Source of the DNA: Planctomycetota bacterium
Lineage (GTDB): Bacteria; Planctomycetota; PLA2; JAEUHO01
DNA: 64,000 nucleotides
Reading direction: 5' to 3'
NCBI GenBank assembly: GCA_965222115.1
Contig: CBDCTJ010000001.1
Location: forward strand, 576,001 to 640,000
The position numbers and the translations under genes were made by a program. The notes below the pieces were generated by a model. That model was not told the DNA's origin. It did not search any database and saw only the letters and a program-made list of their open reading frames with translations. Shown one piece after another: positions 38,726-48,182 of this stretch; position 1 is the first letter of the stretch, and every line of letters starts with the position of its first letter.

Positions 38726-39023
38726 GAGATGACGCTACGTGTGCCTCGCGCACCGCTTGATCGATGGCCTCTTCTGCACGCCAGACACGAACGCTTGGCT
38801 TCGTGCGATGGTCGTAGAGCAGCTTGAGCCAAACGCCGAGGAGTGATCCCAACCCCGCCGACCACTTGATCCATGGCAACTCAGGCCAGAAATGAGCGGC
38901 GACGAGCGCAAAGAAGCCGAGCGTGGCGATACACGCGGGCGGAAATCCACTACGCATCCATAGTGACGATGGCTTGGGTCTACATGCATGGCTTACAGGC
39001 TCGTGGTTCATTTTCGTTTCCAT
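38685..39023 (-). CDS. Small 2-TM protein (holin-like size)
   Basis: Two hydrophobic segments; overlaps both neighbours. Confidence 0.5.
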   Translation of the reverse strand: METKMNHEPVSHACRPKPSSLWMRSGFPPACIATLGFFALVAAHFWPELPWIKWSAGLGSLLGVWLKLLYDHRTKPSVRVWRAEEAIDQAVREAHVASSRAEAPVGDEHYGN

Positions 39024-39475
39024 AATCCGTATCCAAGTACCTGGCCGTTCTCTGACGTCATGCGCAGCGTCCGCTTATCGCCAGCGCTTCCGGAAACCGG
39101 CCACCATGAATGGGTCGTGGTCCCATCGCGCTGAAGAGTTACGTCGTTCTCCGGTCTTCCGATTGACTCGCGAAACGCATCTACCGTTTCTGCGCGCGCG
39201 GCGGCCCGCACGCGATCGTAGGGAATCGCGTCATTTGGAAGTGGTCCGCTCTCTTGATCGGGAGGTGGAACTACTTCCGGTATCGGTATCAAGTCGGGCT
39301 CAAAGATCACGTCGGGATTGGGTGTCGGGGGAGAGACATCGGGCGCGGGTTCGATGTGGGGTTCAACCGGTGGATCGACGACCACAATCTCGGGTTGCGT
39401 AGTGCACGCAAACGTCGCGAATGCGAACACCAGCACTACGCTTCGCTTGATCAGACTTGCTGACTCGTATGTCAT
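39008..39475 (-). CDS. Pro-rich lipoprotein
   Basis: Lipobox TFAC, Pro-rich linker, small alpha/beta C-terminal domain. Confidence 0.7.
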   Translation of the reverse strand: MTYESASLIKRSVVLVFAFATFACTTQPEIVVVDPPVEPHIEPAPDVSPPTPNPDVIFEPDLIPIPEVVPPPDQESGPLPNDAIPYDRVRAAARAETVDAFRESIGRPENDVTLQRDGTTTHSWWPVSGSAGDKRTLRMTSENGQVLGYGLWKRK

Positions 39476-39476
39476 C

Positions 39477-40313
39477 TCAAACCTCCACCGACAGGGGCTT
39501 CAACGGCGCCCACGATTCCCAAACGAATTCGTTCTCCCAAACATCGAACGGAATCCATGCGAAACACGGCGGCAGATCGTCGCCCATCACGGGGTGCGAG
39601 ATCCCCCACCCATTCCAAGAGTTCATTTCTAGAAACGCGCCGCGTCGTCGTGCACTTGTCGCTACGTATTCGCGGTCGTACCCCACGATCTGCGTGCAAT
39701 GACCGCCAAGCATGGCACCCCGAGCACCTTCATGCACACCCGTACGTCCCACACGCTCGGTATTGGCATAGACACCGCGCCCAATCACCACCGGACGTGC
39801 GGGAAGTCCATCGAGTCCGGCGAGTGCGGCGGCAACTTGCGTTGCACGTCGAAGATAGGACCAACCCACACGATGAAGCGGGCGCTCCAACGTTGCAGCC
39901 TCCGGCGGCAAATCGGTTGTGACGCGACTGGGGTCGTAGGGCCATGCGGCTTCGCTACACGTTCCGTACTCGCCGATCCAGCGCGCGACATGATGCAGAT
40001 AGGCACCGCGATCGCGCTTGTGAGCGTTCCCACCCTCCAATAAACGACCGCCGTAGTAGACATCCATTCGCGACACATCAACCGATGCACCGGTTTGCTG
40101 CTTGGTAAAGGTCTCAAGTGCGCCGCCGAATCCATGCGCGGTACACGAACCAGCATGTTCTTGAAACTGTGCGCGCCACAGTGGCAGTAATACGCGCATA
40201 GGCAGCGAACTCATGCGAGTCGAGCGCGCTAGCCTGCGCGTGCGAGGAAGAGACGTCTTCGGTGTGGGCCCTTTGACGCCGCCAATCGGAAGCATCGATA
40301 CGTCGATAGCCAT
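39477..40313 (-). CDS. Papain-like C1 cysteine peptidase
   Basis: QEHAGSCTAHG (Gln/Cys), GGHCTQIVGYD (His), MNSWNGWG (Asn). Confidence 0.88.
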   Translation of the reverse strand: MAIDVSMLPIGGVKGPTPKTSLPRTRRLARSTRMSSLPMRVLLPLWRAQFQEHAGSCTAHGFGGALETFTKQQTGASVDVSRMDVYYGGRLLEGGNAHKRDRGAYLHHVARWIGEYGTCSEAAWPYDPSRVTTDLPPEAATLERPLHRVGWSYLRRATQVAAALAGLDGLPARPVVIGRGVYANTERVGRTGVHEGARGAMLGGHCTQIVGYDREYVATSARRRGAFLEMNSWNGWGISHPVMGDDLPPCFAWIPFDVWENEFVWESWAPLKPLSVEV

Positions 40314-40323
40314 GCGATCACGC

Positions 40324-40839
40324 CTACTTCATGAACGCATGCGGATCGTCCGCAGACGTCGTGCATGTCGGACACAAGTTTCCCGCAGCAGTTCGCTCCG
40401 CAGAAGGCGCTGGTGATTCGACCGCAGGCGCAATGGCTTGGACGAGGCCCAATGAAATAGTCTCATCGGACATGGAGTAGCTCATTGGCAGAGGCGCGCA
40501 TGGATCCGTTGGGGCACGCGCGGGGGGTGCCGCAGGCAACGAATAGGGAGCAGCCGGATAGGACACAACACGCTGCACAGCTCGCGTCTGAGCGAACGAT
40601 GCGCGTTCAACCATGGGACGTGCATCCGTACACGTACCGCCAATGCAGAACTTGCATCCAAACACAGGATCTCGAACACACAGACCATTGATCGTCTCGC
40701 CGACAACGGTCTGAACGTCAAGTGCTGTAGCGCGCTGGGTTGCGGGCGGCGCACTCTGCATCGTCGTACAGGCCGTGGCCATAGACAATGCGAAACCAAC
40801 CAGTATCAATCGAACAAAGAACATAATCATCCTCCGCAA
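40324..40839 (-). CDS. Cys-rich lipoprotein
   Basis: Lipobox ATAC; CKFC and CPTC motifs. Confidence 0.6.
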   Translation of the reverse strand: MRRMIMFFVRLILVGFALSMATACTTMQSAPPATQRATALDVQTVVGETINGLCVRDPVFGCKFCIGGTCTDARPMVERASFAQTRAVQRVVSYPAAPYSLPAAPPARAPTDPCAPLPMSYSMSDETISLGLVQAIAPAVESPAPSAERTAAGNLCPTCTTSADDPHAFMK

Positions 40840-41014
40840 TCGGAGGGTCGCACGGTTCTTATACGCGCTTGGTCAGAGAGAGGTTCCCCTCTTTTACTGT
40901 TCTCTCATAGCGACCGCGTAAGGGGAAGTATCTCGAAAGCTCATTAGATGATTCATCTGCACTCGAACGCAAGGGTCGATCTCGCTAAAGCGCTGCAATG
41001 TGCTGCACGAAAGG

Positions 41015-41103
41015 GGACCGTAGAGCCCGCCTTTTTCGCAGCACGGTTTTCCGTGACTGATCTATAGAGGAGCTACCGGCCTTTTCGTTCCATCTCGGTA
41101 TCC
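41015..41103 (-). repeat. Second IS110-like left-end remnant abutting the motif
   Basis: ~90-bp similarity to 25064-25155, ending in CATCTCGGTATCC. Confidence 0.6.
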
Positions 41104-41145
41104 AGTACCCGGCATCCATCTCGATATCCTCGTATCCGTTGGTGA

Positions 41146-41640
41146 TTAACGGCTGGTGACGAATCCCCAAGAACTGCTTCGTTGCGGCTCCCATGAGATC
41201 TTCCCATCTGCATCACGACGAACCATTGTGACCAATCCGCCACCGCCATCAACCGCTCGAACTCGAATCTCAAACTCACCGTCGTACTCATTTATGCCAC
41301 TCGGAATCACCGCCCACACCTCTAGAACTCCTTCATCAGCGCTGTCCGTAGCCCCAATCCATTTAAGAGATAGAGGATCACTTGGATCCAACGCAAGTGC
41401 TTGGACAGCTTCGATCACCCAACGAGATGTCGAGTGGTCACTTAATATCTTACGACGCTGCGTAATCGTTCTAACCTCCACTTCCAGTACTTTCTTGCGC
41501 AAGCACGCTGTCTCATAGTTGGGCTGAGGCTCCCTATACTTGGACGACGTGTCAGTAAGGCATCGTGTGCATGCGCCGCCCTTACAACCTGAAAGTACCA
41601 GAGGCAGCAAGACAAGCAGGAAGTTTCCGACGATTCTCAT
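41146..41640 (-). CDS. Hypothetical lipoprotein
   Basis: Lipobox LSGC. Confidence 0.65.
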   Translation of the reverse strand: MRIVGNFLLVLLPLVLSGCKGGACTRCLTDTSSKYREPQPNYETACLRKKVLEVEVRTITQRRKILSDHSTSRWVIEAVQALALDPSDPLSLKWIGATDSADEGVLEVWAVIPSGINEYDGEFEIRVRAVDGGGGLVTMVRRDADGKISWEPQRSSSWGFVTSR

Positions 41641-41876
41641 TTAGCTATCCATGTCGCGTTGGTGGACTCTGAGTTGAAGGGGGCGGGGTTGGGCGGTCAT
41701 CGACCTAGCGATCAACGTCGTATTTCGAACGTCATTGAGTTGGTGAGATTAAACGCGACTTTGCATCCACAAATTGCCTTGGCCGCAGGACTGACTAGCG
41801 AGCGGCCTTTCATCCCATCTCGGCATCTACATCGAGCGGTGAACTCCGGGCCATACCACTTAGAATCGGTCACCCT

Positions 41877-42785
41877 ATGGAATCACGCCCTCCCACCGGA
41901 CCTAATCACCCGTCGAACGCCCAACTTCGGAGTCGAATCGAGACGCTCTTCGATGGTCCTGTTCAGTTTGAGGATCGATCCCGGACGTTCGGGCGCGCCC
42001 ATGTGGTGTGGCGGGTGTCCACGCACAGCGGCGAGGCGTTCTTTGCCAAGCAGCACGAATCTCCGCTCCACTTTGGGCGCGCATTGATGGCCCATGAACG
42101 ATGGTTTCCTGAGCTCAAGCACATTGACAGCCTTGCTCTCCCCCATGCCGTCGCCGTCGACTACGACCTGCATCTCATCGTTGTGAAGGAGATCGAAGGG
42201 CAGATCGTTGACAACGTATCGCCGCACGATCAGTTGATCGCAATGCGATTGGCCGGACGAATTTTGCGCGCGGTTCACGATGTCGATGACCGTCTGAATC
42301 AAGGGGATTCAGAAGCGGCGCACCGCGCGATGGCCGTCAAGTATACTGGGATACTCCCGGGAGAAGTGTCTGCGGAAGAAGAGGCATGGATACGTTCAAT
42401 CGCCTCGGACACGTCCATCTTTCGTCATGCACGAGCGGTCCCTACTCACGGTGATTTTTCGCCACGCAACTGGATACTTCAGAGTGCAGAGTGTGGGCCA
42501 GTACTCGGCGTGATCGACTGGGAGCGCGCTCGTCACCATGCTTGGATTCACGACATCGTTCGCATGATGCACGACTACTGGGCGCGGGAGCCTGCAGGGC
42601 GTGACGCATTCTTTGCTGGGTATGGTCGCACGCCCAGCGACGCCGAAGAGCGACAGATCCTCTGGAGCAGTGCGCTAATGGCGGGAGCGAGCGTTGCTTG
42701 GGCACGCACATTTGGTGACCGCCACTATGAACAACTTAATCGCGACTTGCTAGCGCGCCTGATGGCAAGACACCCTCGAATTTGA
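41877..42785 (+). CDS. Aminoglycoside phosphotransferase (APH/ChoK)-family kinase
   Basis: HGDFSPRNW, VIDWE, FFAGYG. Confidence 0.85.
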   Translation: MESRPPTGPNHPSNAQLRSRIETLFDGPVQFEDRSRTFGRAHVVWRVSTHSGEAFFAKQHESPLHFGRALMAHERWFPELKHIDSLALPHAVAVDYDLHLIVVKEIEGQIVDNVSPHDQLIAMRLAGRILRAVHDVDDRLNQGDSEAAHRAMAVKYTGILPGEVSAEEEAWIRSIASDTSIFRHARAVPTHGDFSPRNWILQSAECGPVLGVIDWERARHHAWIHDIVRMMHDYWAREPAGRDAFFAGYGRTPSDAEERQILWSSALMAGASVAWARTFGDRHYEQLNRDLLARLMARHPRI

Positions 42786-42804
42786 GAAAGATACTGAGTC
42801 ATCT

Positions 42805-44361
42805 CTACTTCGCACCCTTCGACGCCGGCTTGGCACGCATCTTCGGATGGGGCACAACGGCGGGCCAACGGATGGAAACCGACGTACCGCGACCGGGTGT
42901 ACTCGATAGCGTCATAGCGCCGCCGGAAGCATGTACGATTTCGCGGACGAGATAGAGTCCGAGTCCCGAGCCACCGGGTTTGTCGGTGAAGAAGGGCTCG
43001 AACACTTTGGCTTGAACGTCTTCGGGAATGCCAGGTCCACTATCGCGAATGGTGACCTTGACGCTGCGCCGCATACGGCGTACTTGCAGGGTGATGGTGC
43101 CGCGTCGTGCTGCTGCGCTTGGTTCGGGTTCCGTGCCTTTTCCATTGGTTGGGACGTGAGCCGCGGCGGGCATCACGGTTTCGTGTGTGCCACGAATGGC
43201 GTCGAGTGCGTTCTCAACCACGTTGAGCAATACACGTCGAACTTGATTGGGATCCACGGAGATCTCGTGGTTGCCGTCATCGCGGCGCACGCGCATGGTT
43301 ACGCCCACGTCCGCCGCACGCGATTCGAGCTCTTCGGTAAACGATGCCACGGTGTCGCCGAGATCGAGGACTTTGGGTTCCGCGCCGCCGATCTTAGAGA
43401 GCGCGAGGTAGTGCGTAATGATCTGATTGAGACGCTCAATCTCTTCGCGAATGGCCTGCAGGGTGGGTGCGATGGCGCGGCGTGTGGCGTCGTCAGCCTC
43501 CAGCTCGTCTTCCAAGAGATCCGTTGATATGAATAACGAGTTGAGCGGATTACGAAACTCGTGTGCCACGCTACCGGCGATTTTTGCCATCGCGGAGAGC
43601 TTCTCCGTTTCGATGAGACGCTCTTTGATGTGTTGCACTTCGGTCAAGTCATGAAACACAAATAGGTAGCGCTCCCGGTCGGGATCTTTCTTTGACGCGC
43701 GATTGTTGTTTGGTGAATTGTTTCCTTTGGATGTGTCTTTCTTGGATACGTCTTTGGATTGGCTTGAACTGCCCACCTCACCACTGTCGGGCAGGCGCGA
43801 TGCAAACATGCGTACCGGCACCGACTCGCCACCGGAGCGACGCAACATGAGCTCACGCCCCCGTATCGCTCCGCGCTGGTCAAGATCGCTAAGAATCGTT
43901 CGGTATGTCTCGCCGTTCTCGAAGATCGAACGCAGCCCACGACGCCCGACTTCCCAGCGCTTGCGACCGGTCAAGCGCGCCGCGGCAGCACTCCAGCGGG
44001 CAAGCCGACCCGATGCGCGCACCGTCACAACGGCATCGGGCGTTGCACGCAACAAATGGTCCCAATGCAGCTCCCCGGGTGCTGGCAACGGCGCACCTTC
44101 CGACTTACGACGTCGCGACGATTTTCGCTTCTTCTTACGATCGCTGGCCTTGCGGTCATTCGCTTTGCGTTCGCCGGCCTTTCGATCACTTGCCTTGCGG
44201 TTCGCCCGTTTCTGATCGGGCGCGCGTCGAGCTGCGGTCTTCTGATCCTTCTTCTTGTCCCTCTTCTTGTCCTCGTTCGGCGCCTTCCGCTCGGCCACGT
44301 TTCCCTCAGTGGACTTGCGCTCCCCTGCCTTGTTCGAACTCTTGGATCGGGCAGATGCCAT
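42805..44361 (-). CDS. NtrB-like PAS histidine kinase with a basic N-terminal extension
   Basis: PAS, EKLSAMAKIAGSVAHEFRNPL, NVVENALDA, DSGPGI, FEPFFT, GSGLGL. Confidence 0.92.
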   Translation of the reverse strand: MASARSKSSNKAGERKSTEGNVAERKAPNEDKKRDKKKDQKTAARRAPDQKRANRKASDRKAGERKANDRKASDRKKKRKSSRRRKSEGAPLPAPGELHWDHLLRATPDAVVTVRASGRLARWSAAAARLTGRKRWEVGRRGLRSIFENGETYRTILSDLDQRGAIRGRELMLRRSGGESVPVRMFASRLPDSGEVGSSSQSKDVSKKDTSKGNNSPNNNRASKKDPDRERYLFVFHDLTEVQHIKERLIETEKLSAMAKIAGSVAHEFRNPLNSLFISTDLLEDELEADDATRRAIAPTLQAIREEIERLNQIITHYLALSKIGGAEPKVLDLGDTVASFTEELESRAADVGVTMRVRRDDGNHEISVDPNQVRRVLLNVVENALDAIRGTHETVMPAAAHVPTNGKGTEPEPSAAARRGTITLQVRRMRRSVKVTIRDSGPGIPEDVQAKVFEPFFTDKPGGSGLGLYLVREIVHASGGAMTLSSTPGRGTSVSIRWPAVVPHPKMRAKPASKGAK

Positions 44362-44488
44362 AGATAGGAACGCTCCGATGTGTTGCGTTTTAGAAACACA
44401 CAGCGAACGCCAGCGCGCAAGCCTACGACCGAGGATACACGGGACGAGCCGCAAGCGGTATCCTCGACTCGTTCATTTGGAGCCCTGT

Positions 44489-46345
44489 ATGTTGACCAAC
44501 ACGTCCCGCGCAGAAGGACATCGGCAATGCCTAAGGGCGCTGCCACTTGGCATCCTGCTCATGCTATTGACGTATTCAAGCGTCGAAGCACGGGAAGGCG
44601 ACGGCTTTGCATCACTTCGGGGAGCACTTCACCGTGGACAGCCCGTTGCGCTGGGAAGCGCCATTGCAAGGAGCAGCCAACCGGAGGACCTCCTCACGCT
44701 GGCGCGCATCGCGTTTCGGGCGTCATCAAGCGATGCCCTCAATGCCCTTCGAGTCAAGCTTGAAGCGCTGGAAGAAGAAGGCCATGCCAGCAGTGCGGCC
44801 GACGTCGCGGTGGGGTTTACGAGTTTGGGGTTGGCCAAGGTGCAAATGGCCGATGAGACGCAGCAGGGATCTGACTTAAGTCTACTGCTCGCAGACGCTG
44901 TTACCCGCGCCAAGCGGGTCATAGAAAAAGAGAGCGATCCCCGCCATGCACTGCATCAACTCGCCGTGTTGTTGCTGGCCGAAGTGCGCCTCGCGGAGGG
45001 GTCGTTGTCGGGGCTCGACGTTGTTGAATCGCATGCGAAGGCATTCAAGGAGAATGAGTCCCAGCGTATCCCTGAGTTGGATGCTTACGAAGCCCGCGTG
45101 CTTTACGCGCGCGCAGTTGGGCGACCGCTTGTGAAACGCGCGCTCAGTCCGGTGGCTGCTAAAGAGTATTCACGTGCGGCTTCCCTTGCCCGTCGCACGC
45201 TCGATGCCATGTCGTCTCCCAACGTGTTGAGTACGCCAACAATGCGCGAGGCACTCGGCCTTCGGGAAGCGTGGTCGCATCATCGCCTTTACGCGTTTGA
45301 AGCTGCGGAACGCGCATACCGCGCGGTGTGGGCCACCGGCGAGAAGCCAACCGATCGCGCGCGCACGTTCGCCATTCGCGGGCTCACACGTCTTTATGGG
45401 AATCGCCCCAAGCAACTCGATGCAGCCCTCTCCAAGCTCGTTACCGCTGAGGGCACCGTGGCATCCGATGCGGCACGTGCGTTGGTCAAGGCGCGCATAG
45501 CACGGGGTGCGTTGGGCGGCGCCTTGCGTGCCGCGCAGTCATTCGCGTCTGAGCAACCGGGACCGGAAGCAACGCTACTTACCGGCAATGTGTTTCAGGC
45601 CATGAAGCAATGGCATGAAGCACGGGCACACTATGAACGCGCCTACAAGCAGGACCCTTCGTCGAAAGATGCCCTACATGCCTTGGAGCTGTTGGCGCGC
45701 GCCATGGTCCCCAGTGCTCCCGAACGCGCTGTCGAGATTTACGAAAGTCTGCTTGCGCGACGCCCAAACGACATTTACTTGCGCAACAATCTGGGGTTCA
45801 TCCTACGCGACTTGGTAACACCGCACACACGCATGGCCAAGGGCAACCGACAGGTATTGCGTTCGGATGCACCCAAGAAAGCCCATGACCATCTCAAACG
45901 CTGCGTGGAGGTGTACAGCGAGGCCGTTGATCTGATTGATCCCGCGCTGGATGGTGAACGCGAACTTGAGGTTGACTGGGACTATGCGGGCATCATTAAC
46001 GACTTGGCGTTGATCCTGCATTACTTCGTGGACGTGGAGGCGCCCCTTGAAGCCGAAGCGCTCTACCACCGCGCCTTGCGCATGACCGAGTTTGGCTTCA
46101 AAGACACCTACAGCCCGAATCTGCAACGGCTCTACCGCTTCGTGCTGAAAGACCGCACCTACGTGTGGTGGAAGACCGCGAAGGTGGCCAAGGAATCGAT
46201 TCTCATGGAGCAGCGTGATGCACGCGGCACACTGGAGTTGGTCCCCGACGAACGCAAACGCGCGGCGGCCACGCGCGACGAGGCAGCACTTCGGAAGATT
46301 CTGCTTGACGAACTCACGGGTGCGAACGACGGGGACGACCGTTAG
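44489..46345 (+). CDS. Exported TPR-repeat protein
   Basis: Signal-like segment; TPR helices (EARAHYERAY, NNLGFIL). Confidence 0.75.
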   Translation: MLTNTSRAEGHRQCLRALPLGILLMLLTYSSVEAREGDGFASLRGALHRGQPVALGSAIARSSQPEDLLTLARIAFRASSSDALNALRVKLEALEEEGHASSAADVAVGFTSLGLAKVQMADETQQGSDLSLLLADAVTRAKRVIEKESDPRHALHQLAVLLLAEVRLAEGSLSGLDVVESHAKAFKENESQRIPELDAYEARVLYARAVGRPLVKRALSPVAAKEYSRAASLARRTLDAMSSPNVLSTPTMREALGLREAWSHHRLYAFEAAERAYRAVWATGEKPTDRARTFAIRGLTRLYGNRPKQLDAALSKLVTAEGTVASDAARALVKARIARGALGGALRAAQSFASEQPGPEATLLTGNVFQAMKQWHEARAHYERAYKQDPSSKDALHALELLARAMVPSAPERAVEIYESLLARRPNDIYLRNNLGFILRDLVTPHTRMAKGNRQVLRSDAPKKAHDHLKRCVEVYSEAVDLIDPALDGERELEVDWDYAGIINDLALILHYFVDVEAPLEAEALYHRALRMTEFGFKDTYSPNLQRLYRFVLKDRTYVWWKTAKVAKESILMEQRDARGTLELVPDERKRAAATRDEAALRKILLDELTGANDGDDR

Positions 46346-46397
46346 GGGTTCGTGTACAGTCGCCGCTACCCAATTCAAGGGTCCAGGAGATCACCTC

Positions 46398-48143
46398 ATG
46401 AACACGTCAAACGATGCATCGCGCTCCGGCATCTGGGGCCTCAAGCTCGGCACTGTCCTCATTGCGCTCATGGTTTTGACGTCGCCGGCATGGGCGAAGA
46501 CGGTTGCCAAAGGGGAAAAGGCGCTTGCCGAAGGGAAGTGGGCCGAAGCCGCCGAGGCCTTCGCTGCTGTCGCCGAAAAGGATGCCACCGACAAGCAAGC
46601 GGTGTTGGGACTCGCCAAGGCGGCGCGTGAAGGGAAGCTGGCAGATCACCTCGTCACGGCCACCGAGCTCCTCGTTGGGCTTCGGGAATCGGCTCCCAAG
46701 GACTTAGAGCTCGCGATTGCAACCGGCGAAACATTCTTGGCCCGAGGACTTGCGGCAGGTGCAAGTGATCCGGAGGCACTTCGTTACGCCTTGGCCGATG
46801 CAAAGAGCGCCTTCGAGGATGCGATTGCTATTGATCCGGATAGTGAGGCGGGTCATGTAGGCGCTGCGCAGGTTGCATTTCAGGGCGCCGAGTTTGATCA
46901 GGCACTCAAGATCTTGGATGGTTTCTTGAATAAGAATCCCGATAAGCCGGGTCGTGCGCTTTACTGGCAGGGCAAGGTGTACTACTTGCGTGCTGGCGAT
47001 GCCCACCGCGCAGCGGGGTCCAAGTTCCCCTTGGCGGAGAACGTCCGCAAACTCTACGTGAAGGCGAAGGCGGCCTTTGATGCCAGCGTATTGAAAGATC
47101 CCAACAACTTCGACGCGCAGATGCAGTTGGCCTATGCGTCGCAGATCTTGGGCGACCAACCCACGGCGGCAACCGCTTACGAGAAGGCACTTGCACTCGA
47201 TCCCAAGAGCCAACTTCCGCTCAAGGGCTTTAGTGCACTTTACACTCATAAGCCCGAAAAGTACGTTGAGACGCTCACGCGGCTTAGCAAGGCCTATCCC
47301 AAGAACGCCGTTGTGTTTTATCACCTCGGCTATCACCACGTGCGCGGCAAGCGCTGGAGCGACGCAGTCCCCCACTTTTCTAAGTCGATTGACTTGGCCA
47401 GCAACGATCTATTCAAGGCCGAAGCCAATTTCTATCTCGGGTGGTGCTACGACCAGTTGAATCAGAAAGAGAAGGCGATCAAAGCCTTTGAGTCCACCCT
47501 CAAAGCCAACCCCAACCACGCCTACGCACCGGTGCGACTTGAAAAGTTTATCATGGCCGACGTGGCGCCTTCCGGCGGCAAGGCATTGGATCTCGATGGC
47601 GGCAAGCGCGCACTCAAGGCCTACGAACGACTCACGGAGATGGCGCCCAAGAACGTGGACATTCGCAACAACATCGGACTCATGCTGCGCGACGCCTATG
47701 AGCAAAATGGCCAATCCAGCAAGTACGAGGGCCTATTGAAGGCCTCCACAAAGTTCTATACGGAGGCAAGTGACCTCATTGGCGAGTGGAACCCCGATAT
47801 GGAAGAGCAGGTGCCGTTCGCCACGCGTTACGGTCATGCACAGGTCATTAGCGACACCGGCCTGATGTATCAGTTCTATAAGCCAACGCGCGACTACGCG
47901 AAGGCCGAGGCGTACTACTCACGCGCGCTTGAGTTCAGTTCCGACGGCTACTACGACGCGTTCAACAACCTCTCAAAGATCTACACCGAGCAGAAGAAAT
48001 GGGACGAACTCTACGACCTATGTGCTGCTTGCGAAGAAACGCTCGTTGCCAACGGAAAGGGGGCACCCCACAACGTCGGCCGCGCCCAAGCCAAATCCAT
48101 CATGAAACGCTTGGTCTCGGAGGGTAAGGTCGAAGGCGAATAG
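46398..48143 (+). CDS. Exported TPR-repeat protein
   Basis: AGGAG RBS, signal peptide ending AWA, multiple TPRs. Confidence 0.85.
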   Translation: MNTSNDASRSGIWGLKLGTVLIALMVLTSPAWAKTVAKGEKALAEGKWAEAAEAFAAVAEKDATDKQAVLGLAKAAREGKLADHLVTATELLVGLRESAPKDLELAIATGETFLARGLAAGASDPEALRYALADAKSAFEDAIAIDPDSEAGHVGAAQVAFQGAEFDQALKILDGFLNKNPDKPGRALYWQGKVYYLRAGDAHRAAGSKFPLAENVRKLYVKAKAAFDASVLKDPNNFDAQMQLAYASQILGDQPTAATAYEKALALDPKSQLPLKGFSALYTHKPEKYVETLTRLSKAYPKNAVVFYHLGYHHVRGKRWSDAVPHFSKSIDLASNDLFKAEANFYLGWCYDQLNQKEKAIKAFESTLKANPNHAYAPVRLEKFIMADVAPSGGKALDLDGGKRALKAYERLTEMAPKNVDIRNNIGLMLRDAYEQNGQSSKYEGLLKASTKFYTEASDLIGEWNPDMEEQVPFATRYGHAQVISDTGLMYQFYKPTRDYAKAEAYYSRALEFSSDGYYDAFNNLSKIYTEQKKWDELYDLCAACEETLVANGKGAPHNVGRAQAKSIMKRLVSEGKVEGE

Positions 48144-48182
48144 CCTTCGCCAATTGGACACGAGAGAACGCGAAACGCCCGA

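Noticed and set aside
35471-40839. Intact prophage
   Set aside because: No integrase, terminase, portal, major capsid or tail genes and no att-tRNA seen.
37774-40888. 11-bp direct repeat GAGAGGTTCCC flanking the peptidase cluster
   Set aside because: Short enough to arise by chance in 64 kb, and no recombinase is nearby.
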